A DNA stretch of 18,491 bases. Origin: Fonticula alba ATCC 38817. Its lineage: Eukaryota; Protista; Nucleariida. Below are positions 10,617-18,491 of this stretch, piece by piece. Below the pieces are notes generated by a model that saw only the letters and a program-made list of their open reading frames with translations, did not search any database and was not told the DNA's origin. Every line of letters starts with the position of its first letter. Within the stretch, counting starts at the first letter, position 1. The stretch is from assembly GCA_000388065.2 (NCBI GenBank), contig KB932202.1; one strand, given 5' to 3'. The translations under genes and the position numbers were made by a program.

Positions 10617-10819
10617 AGGAGATGCGGCGGGGCAGGTCGCCCACATACGGCCCAACGGGTTGGCGTTTTCCCTTTCCCAGCCCTCCGCCGCCAAGCCCCT
10701 CGAGGTGGTACGAGCGCGCCGTCTTGGTCCGCTGAGTTGCCCACCGACACAAACACCCAGCCGAGCCGGGTCAGGCCCGGCCAAGAGGCCGGAGGCCCAT
10801 CAGGGGCCGAGTGCCCCCC

Positions 10820-10855
10820 GAGGCCGAGGCCGAGGCCGAGGCAGAGGCCGATGCC
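10820..10855 (+). repeat. (GAGGCC)n hexamer repeat, 6 imperfect copies
   Basis: GAGGCC x3, GAGGCA, GAGGCC, GATGCC. Confidence 0.85.
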
Positions 10856-11147
10856 GAACACAACGGGCGGCCAAGCCCCCGAAGAAGCCCGCGTGCGCAC
10901 GGCCCCCGGCCGCAACCCCCGGGCTGCCGCGCCGGACGCTTGTCCCCGTCGAGCGAGCGAGCGAGCAACAAGCTGCCGGCCCGGGCGGGCCGCAGCGGCG
11001 CCAGCGGCGGGGGAGGATGTGGGATCGCCGGGGATTGTGGTCTGTTCTCCGAGTGCGTTGGCACCCGCGGCGGCGATCGCGGGCTACATTGCTATTTGGT
11101 CTCGGGGAAATTGTGGGGAAGGAGTGTGTGGGCGCGTGCGTGTGTGG

Positions 11148-11149
11148 GC

Positions 11150-11180
<31 letters not shown>

Positions 11181-11185
11181 TGTGT
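11148..11185 (+). repeat. (GTGC)7 microsatellite within an alternating purine-pyrimidine tract
   Basis: Seen directly. Confidence 0.9.
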
Positions 11186-12403
11186 CTGGAAGGGGGCCGG
11201 CAGGGGAACGTGGGGGTTCGCATGGTGGCAGTTAATGCCTGCCAGCGGCGAGCGCGGGGGAGATGGTGCCACCGCGCACTGGCTCGGGCATACGAGGCAG
11301 AGCGAGTCGGACGAGCCAGCAGGCACGGTGCGGAAAAAGAAGAAGGGTCCGCCGCCCAGGCCTACGCATTCTTCCCTGCATGCACGTAGAGGCCGGTGCA
11401 TGCCCGGCAGGAGGCCGGCTGCACGCGACAACGGCCGGCTTGCCGATGTACGCGGCGCGGCCGGCCGACGCATTGGCATCCTTGGCCTCTTGGCCGCGGG
11501 GGGGAGGGGGGAGGCGTTCGCGGCTAAGGCAGTCCCAGAGGGGCCCGGCGCGTGCGCCATGCGAGACCGCCTGCCTGGGCGCCGGGGTGCCAGACACCCC
11601 GCATGGCTTGCCCATGAGCTATGGAGGTCCCCCTCGCCCCTGATCGGCACGCCTGGCTGGCTGGTCGCCGCGCCCCCCCCCCCCCCCCTCGCTTCGATAT
11701 ATTTACATAAACAGACACACTCACACATACAGGCGCACACACGCAGGCATATACACACATGCGACGAATCCGGGCCCTGGCTGGTCCCATGTCGCCCAGG
11801 CCGCCACATGGGCAATGTTCGGCCGACGGCCTGGCTGTCTCGGAGTGGCCCGGCCATTGGGGGTTAAGCCCCGGGGCGTGGGCGGGGCCTGCGCCGCTGG
11901 GTCCGGCGCGCCCCGGTCGCCGTTCCCGGGCCATTGTCCCGGGCCGCCCGGCCGGCTGTCCGGGGCCGCCTCTTTGCCCGAATCAACTCCACCGGTTTTA
12001 CTCTCATCTGCGGGACTCACCCACCCGAGGGGCCGGGAGCGCGGGGCCCGATTCGAGCGCTGCTCGTTAAACCCGCTGGAGCCGGATCGCCGGGTGCCTT
12101 GCCGCGCTGTCCGGCGCCGGCCGCTGCCAAGCCCCCGAGGGCCGCTCCCGGCCTGGGGACCCGGGCGAGGCCCGGAATGGCCGGCGGGGCGCCAAGGGGC
12201 ATGTCCTGCCGCCCATCGCAGCAGCGGCTCGGGCATGACTGGCCTGTGGGGAGCACCCTACAGGTTGCTCTCGCCACCCGGTCGCGGCCTCCCCCTGCCA
12301 CGCCCCACCTGGCGCACTTCCCGCAGCCGCCAGGCAGTCCGCAGGCCGATGGCATCCCGGGCAAAGGACGCTGCCTGGGGGCCTACGCCGCGACCGCCCG
12401 CCC

Positions 12404-12690
12404 NNNNNNNNNNNNNNNNNNNNNNNNNNNNNNNNNNNNNNNNNNNNNNNNNNNNNNNNNNNNNNNNNNNNNNNNNNNNNNNNNNNNNNNNNNNNNNNNN
12501 NNNNNNNNNNNNNNNNNNNNNNNNNNNNNNNNNNNNNNNNNNNNNNNNNNNNNNNNNNNNNNNNNNNNNNNNNNNNNNNNNNNNNNNNNNNNNNNNNNNN
12601 NNNNNNNNNNNNNNNNNNNNNNNNNNNNNNNNNNNNNNNNNNNNNNNNNNNNNNNNNNNNNNNNNNNNNNNNNNNNNNNNNNNNNNNNNN
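12404..12690. other. Assembly gap (N run)
   Basis: Run of 287 N. Confidence 0.95.
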
Positions 12691-12862
12691 CCTGCTCGCT
12701 CCTCGCTCCCCCCCCTCCCCGCCCCGCCCCTCCTCTCGGCCCGAACCGCCCTGCGTCGCGCTTCCGGCCCCACGCGCCCGCCAACTCGAGCTTGTCCGAA
12801 GTCCGACCCTGCCGCCCGCCCGCCCGCCGATCGTGCCGTGCCGGAGAGGCCCCTGATATACC

Positions 12863-15800
12863 ATGGTCCTGCAGCACTCGCCGATCGCGGTCCTCGGCCT
12901 GATCATGGTCGGGGTCAGCCTCATTGTGGCGCTCTTGTCGGCGCCCTTCTCCCTCAAGCACACTCCGGCCGAGCGCGTCGACCCGCTGGTGGACTCGGAC
13001 GCCCTGTCGGCCGGGACCCCGCTGGCGGCCATCCTCTGCTATGTGGCCATTTTTGCCACGCTCCTGGTCGACTGGTCGGCCTTGACACTCATCTGGAACC
13101 GGCGCCGGGATTTCGCGCCCTTCCGCGCGCGGCAATTGACCCCGGTCACCTGGGGTCTGGTGGGTGCGAGGCCCGTCGCGGGGTTTTCCCCATTCCTGGC
13201 GGCGGCCGCGCCGGCGGCGATCCGCCTGCCCCTGGGCCTGATGACTGTCCCCCTTCACCCGGACCGCATCCCATTCACCTGTTCGTGCGCGTGCGCGTGC
13301 GCGTGCCTTTGGCGCATGCCCTGGCTGGACGCTACACCTCGGCAGGGGGAACCATGGTGGTTCTCGGCATCATGGTATGTCAGTGTGCCGCGGCCCTTGC
13401 TTGGCTTGGTCGATGGGGCGCAAAGAAATGGCCGGGCCCTCGCACATCCGTCCACGCACCTCGGCATGACCCTCACTGACGCGCTCCTCCTGGCCCCTCT
13501 GAATCGCCCTCGCCCCGGTAGATGACCTTCCAGGTGTTTCCCTATCCCGGACCGTGGTTCTGTACATTTGGCTGTGCGTCGAAGATGGCGCATCCCCTTG
13601 CCCGCCCTCGCCGCTCTTTGTCGCTCGCGCCGCGTGCGGCATGTGCATGAGGGCACATCCACCGGGGGGGACTTCCCACACTGACATGCCCCGGGCCCCG
13701 GGATCGGCTGCCGGCGGTCGGCCCTTGGCGACCTCGCGCCTTCCTCCCGACAGTCATGGTCCAGTATGCGATCGGCTACGGGACCCTGGTGACGAGCTAC
13801 TTCTTCCGCATGTGGCGGGTGCGTTCCCCGGGACATTGGCCGGCATGGTGGCCTCGCGCGGCAGCGGGGCACCCGCGCGCACTTGCGACTCCCCGCACAC
13901 GCACACGCACACGCACACGCACACGCACACGCACACACACACACACACGCACATACGACTAACAGCCGCGATGGTCCTCGCCCCGGCTGCCGTGCGGGAA
14001 CGCGCAGATTTACACCATTTTCCGCCTCAAGGAGCGCGTGCACCTCGGGCACATCCTCTGGGCGCCGGTTCTTTACTGGCTGCCGATCCCGATTGTCACC
14101 GGCGTGGCCAGCGTCATGCATCTCAATGGGCCGGATGTTGTGGTATGTGTCCTGCTGCAAGGGGCGGTGCTGCGGGTGTGGCTGCTGCGGATGTTGCCGG
14201 CCCTGAGGCTGGCACCCATCGCTGCAGTCTCCCGCCCTTTGCCCCTCCTCGCCCCCGCCTGCCTACCACCCCCGCAGGCGCCACACGGCACCGGATATCC
14301 TCCTGAAAGGCTGACACGCGACCTCGCCACGCCCCGCTCCCTCGGCCGCGCCCCTCCGGCAATCCCCCCCATCGGGCCAGAATGGCTACGAAATGTGCTA
14401 CCAATATGGCCCGGCCTACAAGATGATCTACCTCGGGTCGATCATCTTCCACACGGTTCCACACATCACGGTGGCATACCTGACCCGGCGCCTGTATGAG
14501 CAGCAGTACACGCGCTTTGACTTGGACGCCGGTCGGGCCGGGGCCGGCGCGGGGCCCGGCGACGAGGCGCCCCCCCGGCGGCGGCTGCTCCTCCGCACCG
14601 ACCCGGACACCGGCGCCAAGAGCCTGCTGGCCACGGCCTGGCACCGGACCGGGCGCTGGTTCGCCGAGTTCCTCGGGGCCTGGTGCTCCTGCTTCTCCTC
14701 GCCCTCCGACGGCCGGGACTTCGAGCAGCAGCAGCAGTACTTCCTGCCGCGCGAGTGCCCCAATCGCTGGGCCAGCGGCCGGGGCTTCGGCCCGGACCCC
14801 CATGCCGGCGGGACTGCCCCCTGCAGCAAGGCCGACTGCCTGTGCGGCCTGTCGCCCAGTGCCGAGGATACGTCCGACACCGGGACCGCCACCGACACGG
14901 TGTGTCTCACGGCCACCAGCCTCACCGGGCGCCTGGGCGACACGCACAATGCCCTGGCGGGGCCCCACGCGGAGGACGACCCGACCGGCGGCCGGGGCAG
15001 GCCCAATGCCGGGGAGGCCATCCCCCTGCGCGAGATGACGGCCCCGGGCCCGGCCGGCCGGGGGGGGAACGGCCCGGCCGGCCGCACGGCCGACAAGCTC
15101 CCCACCGACAAGGCGGCCTGCCTGCCCGGCGGCCTGCTGGCCGGCGACCCGAGCAGCGACTTCTGCTCCTCGGACTCCACCAGCTCGGACGACCTTTCGG
15201 CCGGCGGCAGCGGCAGCAGCACCGGCGGCGACAAGGGCAGCCAGCATCACCTCACCTCCTCCGGCCGGTCGCTGGACTGGTCGCAGGATGACGATCCGGC
15301 GGCCGCCTCGGCGCGGGCCCTGCTCCCGGCGCCGGGGCCCGGGGCGGCTCCCGGCACCGGGCCGCCGAGCCGGGCCGCCGCCGGCCCCCTCCCCGGGCAG
15401 CCCCTCTCGCCGGCGGCCCAGCTGCAAACCAAGCGCCGGTTCGAGCGCAAGCGCTCCGGCGTGTCGACCCTGGCCGACATCGACACCTCCGAGGTGTATG
15501 ACCCGGCGGCGGTGGCCGTGTCGGCGGCGGATCTCCTGCGCCAGGCCGGGGCCGCCGGCGTGCCGGCCTCGATCGGGACCACCGCGCCCGGGGCCGCGGC
15601 GGCAGGTCCGGCCTTCGGCGCCGGCCCGGCCGCCGCCGGCCGCCCCTCGAGCCCGGTCATCCGGGCCAGTGCCCCCCTGCCGCCGGAGTTGCGTGCCGCC
15701 GGCGGTCCGGGCCCGGGCGATGTGCGTCTGCATGCGCCGCCAGGCGCGGCGGTCATCAACCTCCTCCACATCCAGCAGCAGGGCTACTACTCGGCGTCCC

Positions 15801-17765
15801 CCCTGGCGGCGGGCGGCGGCAATGGCGACGCCACGCCCGGCGCCGGGGAGGCAGCCCGCCCGGGGGACGCCGGCACCCCGGAGAAGCGCTCCCGCCGGGG
15901 GAGCCGCGCCAATGCCCGTGCCGGTGGCGGCGGCGGCGGCGGCGGGGCGAAGGCCAGCACCCGCAGCCGATCGTCCCGGCGCCGGCGCGGCCCGGCCCTG
16001 GCCTCGCACTTCCAGGAGTTCCGCGCCGTGGCCGGGCAGTCCTTCCTCCTGGCCCTGTGTTACATGGGCATCGCCGTGGTCAGCCTGGTGGGCAAGCACC
16101 ACACCAACTGGGGCCGGGTGGTCAGCGCCCTGGTGGCCTCCTTCACGGCGCACATCTCCTTCTGGGGCCCCCTTGGCTGGCCGTTCATTGGCTTGTGCGT
16201 GTCCGACGAGCCGATTATTGCGGTGATTTTATTTCCCGATCACACATATTGCACCCACGCCTCGCCCCCCCCGCCCGCCCCGCCCCCCCTGGGCTCCCGC
16301 GCCTCCGCGCGCACACCAAGACCCACATGGGCGCATGGGTGCGCGCGCGCGCGCGCGCCCCGGGGGTGCATCTCCCCGCGCCCCGCCGGCCGCGCGCCCG
16401 CCGCTCCCGGGTCCAGAGCCCTCCAAACACGGGGGCCAGTCCCCCGATACTGGCAAAACCACCCGCCTGCCCACTGACGCGCTCGCCCTTCCCCCCCCGC
16501 CCCGCCCCGCCCCGCTGCCCGGCGGCCGGCTGCCCGGCTGGCCCAGCCTGACCAACCGCGAAAAGTACCTGGCCAAGTTCTACGCCGACACCGGGTTCGC
16601 CGGGATCCGGAGCAGCACCGGCGGGCCGCTCTCCCCCTCGGTCGGCAGCCCGAGCGGCGGGGCAGGCGCCTTCGGCAGCGGCCCGGCCTCGCCGATGTCC
16701 TACTACTGTGGCACGCCGATGCCGTTGACCCCGCGCACGCCCGGGGCCGGGGGGACCTCGGCGCCGGGGTGGGGCCCCGGCGGCGGCGGCGGCGGCGGCG
16801 GTCCCGCCGCTGCCAGCCTCGCCGGCTTCGATGCCGCCAAACGCGATTCCGTCATGCTGGCCGCCGGGCCGGCGGGGGGCGGGGCGGGCCTCCCTTCGGG
16901 GCGCATTCTCCAGCCGCCGGCCGGCGAGGCCCCCGCCGAGTGCGACTCCGAGCAGCGGCAGCAGCAGCAGCAGCAGCCGCACCCCCCTCCGTCTCAGCCC
17001 CAGCTGCCGGACCACCGGCCCGGGACCCCGATCACTCCCGGTGCATCCGCCGGCGGTGGCAGCAAAATGGCCATCCTGTCTAAGCTGGTTGGCGCGCCGT
17101 CGCGGCGTGGGAGCTCCTCCGGCGAGGCCGGGGGGCCGTCGTCCCGACACGGGACCTCGATCGACATGGCCGCCGAGACGGACCTCCCCTCGACGACCCC
17201 GCCAAGCCCGATGGCCGGGCCCGGCCCCGGGGCCGGTGCCGGCGGCCTCCTCAGCCGGCTTTCACGTCGGCGCAAGAGCTCCCTCGCCGTGCCGGCCACC
17301 ATGCCACCGCATGGGCGCATGTCGGCCACCGAGGACCCGGAGGCGCAAGTGGACCTGGCCTCCGGCTCGATGGCCTTCTACCACGACACCGGGGACCTGG
17401 TGTCCGAGGGGTCGCCCACCGAGGCGCTGCCCCCCCCGGCCGGGCCCGGCCTCGGGGCCATCATCACCTCCGGCCCGGGGGACGATCGCCAGCAGCAGCA
17501 GCCGCCTTGCCGCCTGCCACGGCCGGGCTATTCGGCCGCCACCAGCCGGGGGGGGGCTGCCACCGGCAACGGAGGCATCATCATCGGCGACAGCTGCAGC
17601 GCCAGCGCCGACTGCGGCAGCAGCGGCGGCAGCATTGCCTCCCTGATAAGCCCCTTCACCAGCAGCGCTGGCAGCGCAACGTGTTCGTTGCACGATTTCG
17701 GCACCTCCTCCGGTTCGGAGGACGACGACTCTTCCGCCTCCGACACGGCCTCCAACCATTCGTGA
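12863..17765 (+). CDS. Class C (family 3, 7tm_3-like) GPCR-like seven-transmembrane protein of ~1204 aa, without a Venus-flytrap domain; exons 12863-13163, 13346-13374, 13522-13573, 13754-13818, 14008-14142, 14381-16194, 16547-17765
   Basis: taccATGg start with an in-frame upstream TGA at 12854. Exon sum is 3615 nt = 1205 codons. The spliced product has an N-terminal hydrophobic segment plus 7 TM segments. Class C-like landmarks: WFC at the top of TM3, GYGTL..YFFRMWRIYTIF (cf. GF.L.FG.LF.K.WRV..IF), ECL2 Cys (EMC), AYLTRR after TM5, HFQEF before TM6 (cf. FNE), and a Pro in TM7. Confidence 0.8.
13164..13345 (+). other. GPCR intron 1 (182 nt, phase 1)
   Basis: GTGCGA donor, no AG from 13171 to 13343, CAG acceptor. 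Splicing restores TM2 (TWGLVG-GTMVVLGIM). Confidence 0.8.
13375..13521 (+). other. GPCR intron 2 (147 nt, phase 0)
   Basis: GTATGT donor, CACTGAC at 13474-13480, TAG acceptor is the first AG after it. Confidence 0.8.
13574..13753 (+). other. GPCR intron 3 (180 nt, phase 1)
   Basis: GTGCGT donor, CACTGAC at 13679-13685, CAG acceptor. Splicing joins WFCTFG-FMVQYAIGYG. Confidence 0.85.
13819..14007 (+). other. GPCR intron 4 (189 nt, phase 0)
   Basis: GTGCGT donor, GACTAAC at 13957-13963, CAG acceptor. Splicing joins FFRMWR-IYTIF. Confidence 0.85.
13895..13956 (+). repeat. (GCACAC)7(AC)6 microsatellite in GPCR intron 4
   Basis: Seen directly; it abuts the branch motif. Confidence 0.95.
14143..14380 (+). 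other. GPCR intron 5 (238 nt, phase 0)
   Basis: GTATGT donor, GCTGAC at 14310-14315, first AG after it ends at 14380. Splicing joins GPDVV-NGYEMCY. Confidence 0.8.
16195..16546 (+). other. GPCR intron 6 (352 nt, phase 2)
   Basis: GTGCGT donor, (GC)9 tract, CACTGAC at 16472-16478, first AG after it ends at 16546. Splicing joins WPFIG-F-LTNREKYL. Confidence 0.85.
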
Positions 17766-18131
17766 GGGGTGGAGAGGAGTCGTCCCGAACCCGACTCCCC
17801 GCCCGCCCCCCGCGTCGTGGCGGTCGTCGTCGCGCGGGCCGCGCCAGCTGCTGCCCGAAAGAGCTCCCACCCACGCAGGGCACCAGCACGCCTGGGGAGA
17901 GACCCCTCGGATTTTTTCGCCCATTTTCCCCGAGTCCCCCCCCCCCCCCGGCTCCCGCGGGAAAAATCAGGCACCGTGTGTGACCCCGAGGAGCCAGGGG
18001 CAGGGGCCAACAGGGGAACAACGGGGGGAGACCCGGAGAAAGGACCGGGCCCGGGGCCGGGGGGGGGTGGGATGTACATTATTGCCAGCCCGGCGGCCAG
18101 TTTTCCCACCGAGCCGTGCGGGAGAGGGGGA

Positions 18132-18137
18132 AATAAA
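18132..18137 (+). terminator. Candidate polyadenylation signal of the GPCR gene
   Basis: AATAAA about 367 nt after the stop codon. Confidence 0.45.
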
Positions 18138-18491
18138 AAAGAACGAGTGGAACCATGTCCGGTGCCCTTGCATGCCTAAGTCGCGAACACCGACGCCGGG
18201 TGACGGATCCGGGCCTGGCTCTGCCCAACCCCGCCCCCGCCGGGCCGTGTCCGGCCCTAGTCTTACCCACGCCCCGGCTCCGAGCCACATTGTCTCACGC
18301 ATGCCAGCCGGCATGCCGCGGGCCGGGCCGGCGGCTGGTCGGCGAGTTCAGATTCCTGGGGCCGAAAAAAAGAGTCTGGTACCCATGATGGGCCTTGCCC
18401 GCGCTGCTGGGCGGGCGCGGGTTCCTTCCCCCTTGCGGCCCCCCGCCCCGCCGGTGGCCGCGGGCCCAGGCCTCGGGGGGGGGGGGGGGGG

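Noticed and set aside
11378-11403. 8-bp inverted repeat GCATGCAC/GTGCATGC
   Set aside because: It is short and built from the GCAT/GCAC words that are common here, with no TIR/TSD or other support for a transposon.
14123-16153. 676-aa minus-strand ORF and other long antisense or alternative-frame ORFs over both genes
   Set aside because: These are shadow ORFs expected from very high GC and the codon bias of the + genes. They are Arg/Gly/Pro-rich with no motifs.
16560-16610. Possible start of an RGS domain after TM7 (NREKYLAKF)
   Set aside because: The sequence turns into low-complexity S/G/P immediately afterwards, leaving no room for a ~120-aa helical RGS fold.
17900-17990. Partial inverted repeats in the GPCR 3'UTR (GATTTTT/AAAAATC, TTTTCCC/GGGAAAA, CCTCGG/CCGAGG)
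   Set aside because: The pairings are short, interrupted and partly mutually exclusive, so no stable element can be defined by eye.
1-18491. CRISPR arrays, tRNA/rRNA genes, transposases, operon-like systems
   Set aside because: No repeat-spacer arrays, cloverleaf or rRNA signatures, or transposase motifs were seen. The DNA is intron-containing eukaryotic sequence.

Overview
This is GC-rich eukaryotic genomic DNA with spliceosomal introns and two assembly gaps (856-942, 12404-12690). It is not prokaryotic. The style resembles a Fonticula-like protist, but that is inference only. I can build two intron-containing + strand genes whose splice phases close exactly. Gene 1 (CDS 2086-9802, 5 exons, ~2146 aa, plus a 5'UTR intron) encodes a very large His/Gln/Ala/Gly/Pro-rich disordered protein. 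Its only recognisable module is a KGG-repeat (YciG/Con-10-like) unit near 8083-8211 with RGG in place of KGG. Gene 2 (CDS 12863-17765, 7 exons, ~1204 aa) encodes a class C-like 7TM receptor with no Venus-flytrap domain and a ~500-aa third intracellular loop. The introns share GTGCG[C/T] or GTATGT donors and strong CTRAC branch motifs up to ~170 nt upstream of the first AG. In 6 of 10 coding introns the branch motif itself supplies the first in-frame stop. Most other ORFs in the track are GC-bias shadows.
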